From Macrostomum lignano (Eukaryota), in assembly GCA_002269645.1 (NCBI GenBank), contig NIVC01002289.1, positions 122,501 to 186,500 on the forward strand: DNA of 64,000 nt, given 5' to 3'. The notes below the pieces were generated by a model. It worked only from the letters and a program-made list of their open reading frames with translations, was not told the origin of the DNA and did no database searches. Below are positions 11,223 to 22,498 of the stretch, one piece after another (position 1 is the stretch's first letter; each line of letters starts with the position of its first letter). Position numbers and translations under genes: made by a program.

Positions 11223-12353
11223 GATGGTGACCCTTCAGTTCTATATATATGCAGGGGTTTAACATCGTGAGCTATTAAATTCATGCATATGCCATGTCGC
11301 TTTGTCCCCCAAATCTCTTTATTATGACTTACGCTGTACTAAGCATTGGGGGTGGGGCAACGCTGACAGAAACATAGCTGCCGCGTGGCTAGAAATGAGC
11401 TGCAGGAAAAAAGCATTGCGGGCAAACCTTGGCGGGCAACTCTGATGGACCCGAGTTTGCCATAGTGTCCAAAATTGGCGTTTTAAACCGAGCAGCAAAA
11501 CGCGGACGCGACCACTTTCAGGAACTGGATCTAACAGCCCAAAAACGACAGAATACGCTGCCAGGTCTTTATTAGCGTCACAGGCTCACAGAACACGTCT
11601 ATGTCTATAGGAATTTATGAAGCTATGGCCCAGCTAAGCCTACTGAAGATGAGGTCAGTAGGCGGTGATGCTGTGAGATCCATTCAAGAAACGAGCGAGC
11701 CCCAATTTAGATGAAAAATTACGCATGTACATGAATGTAATGGCCAAAAAGCCAATGCTTCACACGTTATGCACTGATCAAATATTTACGGTGTACGGAT
11801 TGAAGAACATAACACAGCATGCAGGTAAACCGTTTTTTAGGTCCTTGCCTCGCCGAATAGTGCAATATAAATAATTTCGTGTCAATAGCCGCAGTGAAGT
11901 TTCGCGTTTGTGAAGTTTCGCGTTTATGAAGTCGCGGTTGTGAAAGTAGGTGATTTAGCGGTTGTGAAGTTTCGCATTTGTGAAGTTTTTCGTTTGTAAA
12001 AGCAACCCCAGCTATGGCGATTGGGATATAGTCATATCTGTAAGTGAAAATGGAAAAAGAAAAATTCTACCAAATCCCTAGACTAAATTAAACAATCGTT
12101 TCAAATCCCTAGGCCAAACATCTACGAATTCCCTCAGGAAGGTGTCAAAAGTATAAATCCCACACGTACTCAAACAAAATCAAATCATCTGGATTTTTGA
12201 AACTTTGCAATATAATCCGATTATAAAAACAGTTTTTTAACTTTTTATTTGCTTTTCATTATTGCCAGATAATGATAGTTAATTTCTGAGTAGCATGTCA
12301 GGTGTGAATTGTTTCTCATATTTCAATAAAGAATGGGTCCTCAGCTGCTGAAT

Positions 12354-13445
12354 TCAGGCTTCAGGCTTTAATCCTGTTGAGGTCGGCAAGGAGATCGCCG
12401 AGTTTGTATTATTAGTCTTCGTCGCCTTCCTGCCCGGTAGACCGAGCATTAGTGTATCCACGAAGGCCTGTCGGAATCCGTGGCCAATAAAATAGACGAA
12501 CGGATCCAGTACGTTGTGCAGAAACTGAACCGCATGAAAGATATTATAGTACATATCCAGCTGGGCTTCCGGCAGTACTTGTGTGCCTATGATTTTGTAG
12601 AAATAGCCTTCGAGCAGTGACAAACCAGCTCTTGGACCGTGCGAAAAGAAGAACATGAAATTCATGAAGATCATCACAATGCAAGCCGTCACAAGCTTCT
12701 TTTGCTTCACTTTGTCCACGCCAGCTGACAATTTTGCAACGTTTCGCTGCTGCAGAATCAAAGTGACGCCCACGCTCACGCTTGCGGCCAACAGGTAGAT
12801 AAACAGTCCCATAGTGCTCATGTAGAAGTCGATGTGATAATGAATCGGATCTAGCTTTAATAGAAACTCAAAACTCGGATGTTCGTCACATTTCCCATCA
12901 ACGTAGCCCTGCTGAATACTCCAGATAGTTGGGGCAACACTGCCTAGAAGAAATAGAGCAACCAGCATAATATAATTATTCCTCATTGTCATAATACTTT
13001 TCACCTTTAGCGGTAGCACTACAGCGAGGACTCTCTCGGTGGTGAGGGCCACAAGAAAAAAGGGCGCGCCGTTTAACAGGAACTTCTGTAAATAGTTAAT
13101 GAAGTGACACGCGGCTACGCTGTCGTGCTGCCGACCCATGAATGTGCTGTCTAACTTCGTTGGTGCAAACTTCAATACCCAGAACTTATGATAGTAATAA
13201 GTGCCGCTCACTGACAGGACAACAATGTCTGATGCCGTGATTATCAGCATGTTTAGGCGAGATATTTTGGGGAAGATTGACCTGCCTCGATAGATAGTGA
13301 TAAAGCAGAGCAGATTGAATAGAATGCCAAACGCTAAGAGTGACGGCATTAGCCAGATGACGATGTTGTCGAACGCCCAGCGCCAACCTGGAATCTCGAA
13401 CCACTTCAACTCGGTGTCCGTGTCATTTCCCTGCTGACCCGCCAT
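12354..13445 (-). CDS. Intronless class A (rhodopsin-like) orphan peptide-receptor-like GPCR, 363 aa
   Basis: Seven hydrophobic segments; FGILFN in TM1, ITASD in TM2, C-x-F-I-N-Y in TM3, ALTTERVLAVVLPL (E/DRY position) and DPFVY (NPxxY position). ATG at 13445. Confidence 0.88.
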   Translation of the reverse strand: MAGQQGNDTDTELKWFEIPGWRWAFDNIVIWLMPSLLAFGILFNLLCFITIYRGRSIFPKISRLNMLIITASDIVVLSVSGTYYYHKFWVLKFAPTKLDSTFMGRQHDSVAACHFINYLQKFLLNGAPFFLVALTTERVLAVVLPLKVKSIMTMRNNYIMLVALFLLGSVAPTIWSIQQGYVDGKCDEHPSFEFLLKLDPIHYHIDFYMSTMGLFIYLLAASVSVGVTLILQQRNVAKLSAGVDKVKQKKLVTACIVMIFMNFMFFFSHGPRAGLSLLEGYFYKIIGTQVLPEAQLDMYYNIFHAVQFLHNVLDPFVYFIGHGFRQAFVDTLMLGLPGRKATKTNNTNSAISLPTSTGLKPEA

Positions 13446-16400
13446 CTGCAACAATCAATGGGTATCGGGTGCTTAGAGTGATATATATTTTGAAGCAGTT
13501 CAATATGTCAGTTTGCTTTCTGACTGGACAACCTACCTTAGGATCGCAGACGCGGGAGAATGATGTGGAACAATTGTGAACTGGTTTGACTCGGCGATAT
13601 CGCGAGAACAAGAATTCAATAACTACAATGCTTTTTTATACACTGTTTTTGGCCAGATCTAGCGGCGCAGATCACATTTCGAATAAATCCATTAGCAGAC
13701 AAAGCATCTAAAAGCACACGATCCGATTTCTATTAGTTAAATGTATCCTCATTTCATTAATTGCATCCAGTCGCATTAATGGCATGCATAGTCCAATGAC
13801 ATTGTCCTGCCTTCTGGTTACTTTGATGAATCTGACCATCTTGACTCGATTTGAAGCATCTAAAAGGTCCCGATCCAATTGATTGTAGAATATCTCAATT
13901 TCATTAATTGAACTGAATCACAGTAATGGAAATGCAGTGTCCAATGACATCGACATGCTTTTTAGACATTTGGGTAAAAATACGACACTGTATCACTGTC
14001 ACTATCACTGTATCGCCGGCCTGGTCCGTCTAAGCGACTATCATCCTGCTGCTGACGCTGCAGGCACCCTACCGACGAGGACACCCGGGCTCGCACTCGG
14101 CGCTTCGTCAACTGCCTGCTGGCTGACGCCGGCGTCCCGGATTCTGTCGGCGGCTTGGCCTAAGTTCGCATTCGTAGGCCCGAGGCGCGCACTGTGACGC
14201 GCTGTTCCTGTTTTATAAGACTTAAGTAACAACGTTTTCTGTTGTGGTATGATCAACCTTACTGTACATGAACATTCCCAACTCTGGTCTCTTCTGAAGA
14301 GAAACAACAATCCCCTTATCTTTCGTTTGGTTTTCTATACAATTCTATTTCAATTAGACACCCAATTATCAAAGTATCAATCTATTAATCCCTGATCTAA
14401 GATCCAATCAACTAGAGGTGGATACTTCATTAGAGGACCCCAATTTCGATCAGAATTGCAATCTCCAATAGGAAAAAACATGTTGGCAGACTTCGACGAC
14501 GTGAAAGAAAGAATCAAGTTCGGCTTTGGGAAATTCCGAAGTTGAGAAGCGACGAACAAGCTTTGGCTTTTGCCTAAAGTGCGACTGCATGAGAATGTTA
14601 TTAGCATTTGTTTAGAAAGCCTTGCGTAGACTATAGCTTTGTCGTTTGGAGTTAACTGTTGTATTTATTCGTTGTTGCGAAACGAGGGCGTCCAGCCCAG
14701 TTAAGTGCTCTGCCGCTAATAGTAATAGGATGGATCCACCAGGAGCGTATGCTCGGACCACCTATGATTGATGCCCTATACATGGGCTGCGTCAGAAAGA
14801 TAGCAGACCTATGGCTGCAGGGGTGAGCCTGCAACCAAATGAGGTGAAAAGGTTTTGGTTGTCCAAACTGTGAAGCTCAATATTGACGTCGGCCGGCGGT
14901 ATATTTCGAAGGCTTGGCATCGCAACCCGCTTTAGCAGACCAGGTTCGGGCTCCCTCAGAGATCCTCAATCATCCGCTGGCGTTAAATACCCATCAGACA
15001 GGGTCGACCATTGTGGGTATGCCCAGGATATAAAAAATTCCGCCACTGGGGAACTGGACCATATGACCCCGAAACACGGAGCCTGTCTCTAAGGCGTTGA
15101 ACACTTGCATCTCCAATGCCTAGGATCCCCGATTCCCGGTGGGTCACACCTTACAGGGGTTACCAAATTCTGGGGCTCATGCCTTTCAATTACAAATTAT
15201 AATTTTTTTGATCCAGCTTCTGATGGGGCAGGAGGTCTAACCATCAGGCGCGGTCTATGTTGCGCAGCTCCCTACACGGATAAGGTTCACCTAGCGCAAT
15301 GGCAGCTCAAAGCAGCTCAAAACGCGGTACTAGCTCTTCCTGAAATCCTGGAAAATCAGGCAACTCACCAGCGACGCAAGATCGTTGGCCAGACAAGCCC
15401 AAGATCGCACCAACCTTCCAGGCTGAGTGCTCCTTTGGTGACAATCTCATCATCATCGTTATTCGCTACTGGAATCCTATCTATGGGGACTATTTTGTAT
15501 TACTACTGTTCATGTAATAGGAATACGTGGACTGAGCAGCCTATTGCTCCCTGGAATAAAACACACATAGCATCTTTAAAAGAATTGCAATGTATCGTAA
15601 CACAAATCCTGGTTAATCCCGGCAAGCCTTGATACACCAAGGCCTACTTCAAGTAGTAACTATGTTTCTTGGAAATTTTTAGGAGGCAGGTTTTACTGAA
15701 AATATATATTACGGCTACGGGAAGTGGAGGGTTCTATTTTTCAGCACAAAGTTATGTTTACGTACAAAAAATGTTGCACTCACAAATTGACCTGGGGATT
15801 GGTGTCAAGTTCTATTTCTGATTTTTTACTTTAAACAGATTCGAGACAGACTTTATAGGTTTATATTTAAGTAAAAACATGCTAGATCTTAATTTTAGTG
15901 TCGGACATTTAGTTGTTGTTAAAACTACTGCTTTGAATTAAACCTCACGTCGTGCGTGCCTATATATAGCCATTGAATTTAAATTTTCCTTATTTGTAAG
16001 AAAAATCTAATATAAATTGAGTCAGTCATCGTTAATTTAATCTGTTGAATCTGTTGCTATAATTCTTTAAAAGCTAAAAAAATCATTTTTGGTAGGCTTC
16101 TAATCAATTCTGTATTTACTTATTATGGTCTACAGGTCTACCACAGTTTATGCCAGCTTGATTGCATGGCTAGGTCAGCTAGCAATTGTGCATAGCATAG
16201 GCCATAGCGTCAGCGATAGCATATGTTTTATGTATGATCTGAAAAATGGGACAGTTTGTCTGATTCCTTGTAGGCGTTGTAGCTTCTCATTTGTCTTCAA
16301 CGAAGTGCCCTTCAAGCTTAAATTTTGTTAGGTTACTGTTAATTATTTTTGATCCTTCAAAGTTGTAGTGGACCAGTGGTGTTGTGTTGTCTTGTGTTTG

Positions 16401-16645
16401 GCGTTTGCTTTATTGTTGCTAGGGCCTAATGCTATGCATCAAGAATCAAAATAGGCCTAATCATGATTTATGATTCTAATTTAATATTGTATTGTCTATT
16501 ATTCTTTTGTTTATACATAAAACTTTGGATTTGTCCAGTTGGTTTTTTACCAATGTTTAGGCCTAACTGATATTGAAATATACTAGGCCTACATAGAGTG
16601 TATGAAATATACTAGGCCTATAGGCCTAGGCCTACTATAGAGTAT

Positions 16646-17486
16646 GGTTCCTGGACACTTCGTCATCTTACCACTTTGTCATCCACTTATATTTTGGACA
16701 CTTTGTCATCTTACCACTTCGTCATCTACATTACTAATGTGGACACTTCGTAATCTATTCGCTGGCCTGGACACTTCGTCATCTACTCCCAGGACACTTT
16801 TTCATCCACTTTTTGTCTATGAAAAAGCTTAAAATTAAGCAGCAACCATCTACTATGCTGTTGGCCAGGCCTTATCATCACTTCATTTTTGAAGTGTTGA
16901 TTATGTTTCAACAATTAGGCCAAGAACTAAATGGCAAGCACTAGTATTTCATGGCTTGGGCACAAACAAAGGCCGCGCCGCCGGCAGTGTCAGCCAGCAG
17001 ACAGTCGACGTAACGCCGAGTTCGCGCTTGACCTCGCCAGTAGAGGGTGCTTGCAGCGTGAGCAGCAGCATCTCCTGCACCGGCTGTGGGCAGTACAACT
17101 CGGCGCGGATGAGATAGCCTGCGAGCTGGAGTCGCCAAAGGCGCAGTAGATTGCTTGGATGTGGAAGGCCAGCGTGGCGATAAAGTGGATGCCAATTATA
17201 GCGACAAGTTGAATTTCTAAGTGTGTATTTAATCGTAAACCTACTTCCAAATATACTAAATCTCTAAGGTTTGTACATATGCTTGTTACAGACTAAATTG
17301 ACCGAGTAACAATTTATAACAATATAACAATCGAATAACAACTTACAGCCTTGCGAAATCTTGGGATGACAAAGTGTCCTCAAAATTTGGTCACTTCGTC
17401 ATCTAGATTTACTAACTATTTTTTGATGACGAAACGTCCAAAATCCATGGTCACAAAGTTGTAAGATGACAAAGTGTCCAGGAACC
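16646..17486. mobile_element. Non-autonomous DNA transposon with GGTTCC-initiated TIRs, subterminal CTTCGTCATC repeats and an 8-bp TSD
   Basis: TIR GGTTCCTGGACACTT(C/T)GTCATCTTAC at both ends. Perfect TSD TAGAGTAT at 16638-16645 and 17487-17494. Superfamily is uncertain. Confidence 0.85.
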
Positions 17487-18234
17487 TAGAGTATAGCCTA
17501 GGCCTGGGAGTGGGATGGCTGCATAGCACATTGGCTGACAAGTAGAATGGGATGACCTATCCTTTATCCCCTATCCCCTATCCACTTGTCTAGACACCCT
17601 ATTCCACTTGTTATCCAATTTGTAGCCATATTAATCTTACAAGAAATATTTTAATGTGAATTTAATATTGCTAAAAAAACTAACTATTCAAAGTTATACA
17701 CATTTTAGTTTTATAACAGAATAGAAATGAAATTTTGCTAATAAATAATGTAGGCCCTAGTAAAAATAATAGACAAAAATTCCCAATCATAGATTAAAGC
17801 TGCATATACAGTCCTGTCTTAAGAATTTATAGACTTATAAATTTGATAAAATATCTAATAAATATTTCTTTCCTATACTTAGAAAAAGTGACTGACAAGA
17901 AGTCCAAAGACTAGGCCTATGTATACAAAATATCTAGCTAGCTAGCTTGGCCAATCTAGCTAAGTAATAGGGTGGCCAAGGTAAGTATATCATAAAACTA
18001 ATTAACCAAGCACCAAAAAATTAAAAGTATTAATATATAGGTCAAAAACAATAAATTGAATGAATGAATAAAAGTTAAAAAAAAGAAAAGAAGTGTCTAT
18101 ATAAGTAGGCCTAAAACATTAAAAGAAAAGTGCTCAAGTATACACCAAATTACTATATTAATAATTAAAGCCAAAGTAAGAAAATATTAAAGTTGTATAA
18201 AGAGCAAAACTGTTACAAAATGTTTCTTAAAATA

Positions 18235-19021
18235 TGAGGGGTGTTGCAAAAGTTTCCCGACTAATGCTCTTCATGGTAATAATTTTAGTCTGATTCAGCA
18301 AAAATTTAAACAGACAAACAGGCAACTTGTATTTTATAATATTATAAAGTTTCAGAAAGTTTGGAGTTGATGGTTAATAGTAATAAGCGATTGTACACTA
18401 GATTATTTATAGTCATGGAATACGATTTCCGAGTTATAGCTACCAATCACTGTCACTGTTGCTTCTATCGCTGGATGCGTCCACAGATTGATTGCTGGCT
18501 TGCTCCACGTATTCGCCATTTACGGAGATGCATTTTTGGTAGTGCTCAATCAGCTTGTCAAAGCCAGACTCCCAGAAGCTGGCATCGAACCAACACAGAG
18601 ACTTGTTGGCTGCTTCAATGACCTCGCGCGTTGTGAAGATCTCACCACACATTGGCATCTTCATTGGGCCAAAGAACACCAAAAGCAAGATGCACCTCAT
18701 CAAAGGTCTGTGTCGCTGTTTTGCCCTCTCGTTGGCATGCCATGATAAAGTGGCGCTGGCTTTCCTTAGACCCAAACTCCAATGGATTCTTTGGTTGACT
18801 CATTTTCACTCACTTTTGGTTTGTGAAAAATCTTATCAACAGCTTCAAAGGGTTGCAACTTATTTTGGCCCTGATATATGCTGTGATTGACTAAGCTGCA
18901 AAAAAATGTAGGAAAAGTTTTTTTCTATAACTGAATACCCTAGACATCAATTTTCAGCCTAATCAAACACAAATTGTCACCAGGATTAGCATTAGTCCGG
19001 AAACTTTTGCAACACCCCTTG
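18235..19021 (-). mobile_element. Internally deleted mariner element, 787 bp
   Basis: TA-flanked ~33-bp TIRs (T/C)(G/A)AGGGGTGTTGCAAAAGTTTCC(C/G)GACTAATGCT. The minus strand retains a transposase C-terminus (FFGPMK...FWESGFDKLIEHYQKCISVNGEYVE) but no catalytic core. Confidence 0.88.
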
Positions 19022-19544
19022 TATAACTATATTCAATATAAATTTTGTAGAAAACTATCAAGGTATCAAGATAAAATTCAAGGAAGTTGCACTTATATTA
19101 AGTATAAAGTGCCCTATCAAAGACAGATTTAAAAATATAAAATGGGATAAGGTAGATTTAAACCATGAGTGGGGATGCCATAATATGGATTAGAGGAATG
19201 CCATAATTCATTAGATGGGTACTATACTAAGCAAACTGAAGACAGTGAAGACCTTTTTAGGGCAAAGGAAAAAGGGCACTATCATTGTTAGCCACAAGGT
19301 AGATAGCCACCCCTCTAAATTAGCCACTGTATTTTATATTTGATATCATATGCCTTAAAATATAATATAAAATATAATATGAGTATCAATATGCAAACGA
19401 TAGATATTCTATTCTATTCTATTATTGTTTTGCAGATCAAAATACAAGTTTTTTAAAAGAATATATTGAAATCAGAAATTTTTGAATCTATCTAATGCTA
19501 AAGTTATAAGCATGCACAAAAGTTTAGTCTACTTTGCTGTGAAT

Positions 19545-19672
19545 TTAGGTCTACTAAAGATCAGTCTATTTAGGTCTGCTAAAGTTCAGTTTATTTAGGT
19601 CTGCTAAAGTTCAGTTTAGGTCTGCTGAAATTTAGTTTATTTAGGTCTGCTAAAGTTCAGTTTAGGTCTGCA
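19545..19672. repeat. ~21-26-bp tandem repeat (TTTAGGTCTGCTAAAGTTCAGTTTA)
   Basis: About 5 degenerate copies upstream of the RasGEF exon. Confidence 0.75.
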
Positions 19673-19712
19673 CAAATTTGTGCACTAGTCCTTTAATTTC
19701 ATTTTTAATTAG

Positions 19713-21840
19713 GGGCCTGTGTTTCCCCAACTCTGCCCAAATTGCTGGCTGAGCAGGGCTCTCAGGATCTGGTGTTCAGCGAGAACCGGCTCGTCTCCGG
19801 CTCCCTGGACGCTCTGATCGACCTGTTCCTACCTTGCGCCGACGTGGCCCCGGACCCTGCCTATTCGTTCACCTTCCTGCTCACCTCGCGCCTGTTTGTG
19901 GCTCCGGCCGACCTGCTGTTTGAGCTCAGCCAGTGCCATCTGGCGATGCCGCACGGCCAGGAGCGGCGCCGTTTAGTTGAGCACTCGCTAGCCCTGCTGG
20001 ACCAGTGGACTAAGCTATTCCCCTACGATTTCCTTGGCCGGAAAATGTCCGAAGTTCTGCGCGCCCTGTGCGAATCGTTGGCGAGGGAGTCGACTGACGC
20101 CTCGAAGCGGCTGGCCGACCTGACCGCCTCCCTGCTGGCCCGACTCACGGCCGCTGCCCAGGCCGAGGCTGAGCTGCTTCGGCACTTCGAGGTCGGTCTC
20201 CGCCGCCTTCAGGAGCCGCCGTCAGCAGGGGTGCAAGGCGCCGCCGCGGGCCTGCTGGCCATCTGCTCGGACCCCGCCGTGCTGGCCGACCAGCTCACCA
20301 TCGCCGAGCTCGAGCGGCTGCGTCATCTTGGTCCGGAGGAGCTGCTGCAGAGCTTCTGCCAGGAGAATCCGCGAAGGCAGCCCGTGCTGTTGGAGGAGAA
20401 GAAGGTAAGAATTTTCTTTTCGCTTTTTTCAGTTTAGATTTGACAGTTTTCAGGTTAGATCTGTCATTTTTCAGTTTAGATCTGTCAGTTTTCAGGTAGA
20501 TCTGTCAGTTTTCAGTTTAGATCTGTCAGTTTTCAGGTAGATCTGTCAGTTTTCAGGTAGATCTGTCAGTTTTCAGGTAGATCTGTCAGTTTTCAGGTAG
20601 ATCTGTCAGTTTTCAGGTTAGATCTGTCAGTTTTCAGTTTAGATCTATCAGTTTCCAGTTTAGAGCTATATTTTTTAGTTTAAATTAACTAGAGTTCAGT
20701 TTAGATTCGCTAGACTTCAATTTAGATTCGCTAGAGTTCAGTTTAGATTCGCTAGAGTTCAGTTTAGATTCGCTAGAGTTCAGTTTAGATTCGCTAGAGT
20801 TCAGTTTAGATTCGCTAGAGTTCAGTTTAGATTCGCTAAAGTTCAGTTTAGATTCGCTAGAGTTCAGTTTAGATTCGGTAAGAGTTCAGTTTAGATTCGC
20901 TAGAGTTCAGTTTAGATTCGGTAAGAGTTCAGTTTAGATTCGCTAGAGTTCAGTTTAGATTCGCTACAGTTCAGTTTAGATTCGCTAGAGTTCAGTTTAG
21001 ATTCGCTAGAGTTCAGTTTAGATTCGCTAGAGTTCAGTTTAGATTCGGTAAGAGTTCAGTTTAGATTCGCTACAGTTCATAGAGTTCAGTTTAGATTCGC
21101 TATAGCCCAGTTTAGATCTACAAGGTACCAGTCCAAAACTGGCACTCGCGAGTCCCTCGTCGCATTTGCAGGTGCACTTTCTCGAAGCCTACGCGCACTG
21201 GTTCAACCGGCTGAGCGCCCTGACCGCCACGGAGGTGTGCATTCGACTGCGCAAGCGCGACCGAGTCCGGGCTGTCGACCAGCTGGTTGCCGCTGCCAAC
21301 GCCTGCCTGCGCCAGCGCAACTTCAACTCGGCCATGGCCATCCTGGCCGGCCTCAGTCAAGCGCCGGTGGCGCGCCTTCGCCGAACCTGGACTCGGGCGG
21401 CGCCAGGCTGCGCCGAGCTCGAAGCCCAGCTGAGTCCGGCGCACAATTTCGGCGCCTACAGACGGCTGCTGGCCGAGGCTGCCGGCCGGCCGGCCGTGCC
21501 GTTCTTCAGCCTGCTGCTGCGGGACTTGTTCGCGCTTGGCGAGCTGACCGCCACCCGCCAGGCCAATGGCTACATTAACTTTCTCAAATGTCACGAGGCG
21601 GCCAGGCTGGTTGCTCAACTGCTGGCCTGGCGCGGCGCCGGCTCCGGGCCGGCGGTCAGGCGGCCTGAGGTGCAGGAGTGCCTGGCAACCCAGCCGGTGC
21701 TGTCCGGTCCGGCCCTGGCCTACGCCAGCTTCGAGTGCGAGCCGCCGGACACCGAGGCTGAGCGGGCGGCCTTCAGGCAGCTGAGGGAGCGCACGGTGCC
21801 GCCGTCCTATGCTACTCTGCGCAGCAAGAAGGCCAAGTGA
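19713..21840 (+). CDS. RASGEF1: RasGEF domain-containing family member 1 (RasGEF_N/REM + CDC25-like domain); exons 19713-20404 and 21172-21840, ATG exon not found
   Basis: LVSGSLDALI...PDPAYSFTFLLTSRLF, LADQLTIAELERL, LEAYAHWFNRLS, NFNSAMAILAGL, PSHNF-like PAHNFGAYR, VPFFSLLLRDL, NGYINF and LAYASFECEPP. Phase-0 GT-AG intron at 20405-21171. Confidence 0.9.
20435..21115. repeat. Two adjacent intronic minisatellites: 19-20-bp (AGATCTGTCAGTTTTCAGGT)n at 20435-20660 and 21-bp (AGAGTTCAGTTTAGATTCGCT)n at 20690-21115
   Basis: The two tandem arrays fill most of the RasGEF intron. Confidence 0.92.
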
Positions 21841-22009
21841 TCGACTTGTATTTGGGCTCGCCGTCTGCAGCCTCGTGTCAGGGTGAAACTTGATCTGGTA
21901 ACAGATCCTTCGAGTGTGTCTCAAACTAAATCATTCTGAAAACTCTTCACAAAACTACCCAAGAATCGTCTTGAACGCTAGGGCCTAAAAAAGCCTCAAA
22001 CTTTTCAGA

Positions 22010-22198
22010 GAATAGCCTCAAAACTACCCAGAGAGTGGCCTCAAAACTACCCAGAGAATAGCCTCAAAACTACCCAGAGAATAGCCTCAAAACTACCCAG
22101 AGAATAGCCTCAAAACTACCCAGAGAATAGCCTCAAAACTACCCAGAGAATAGCCTCAAAACTACCCAGAGAATAGCCTCAAAACTACCCAGAGAATA
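22010..22198. repeat. 23-bp minisatellite (AGAATAGCCTCAAAACTACCCAG)n
   Basis: About 8 copies downstream of the RasGEF stop. Confidence 0.9.
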
Positions 22199-22498
22199 GA
22201 GTGGTCTCATAATCCCTATCATTTGCTGCTCATTCATTGACATTTATTTTTAATCGCACTGTAAATTGAAAAATGAAATCTTTTTACCTCTGTGATGCAT
22301 AGAATCCAAGTTGTGTTTCCAATGGATCAATTATTTGTGATTTTAAAATTGTATTTTTATATATTATTCAACTTTAATCTAGCAATACAGTCATTCCCTG
22401 TCCGCCTGCTTCTGCTAATTTGTGCCTTGTTTTATTTCCTTAGATTTCTGTCTACAGAGTTATTGACTAACTGTTATTCCTGTGCTTATTGCTATATA

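Noticed and set aside
15105-15632. 175-aa ORF
   Set aside because: It has a non-ATG start, no motifs, and lacks the GC-rich codon bias of the real genes here.
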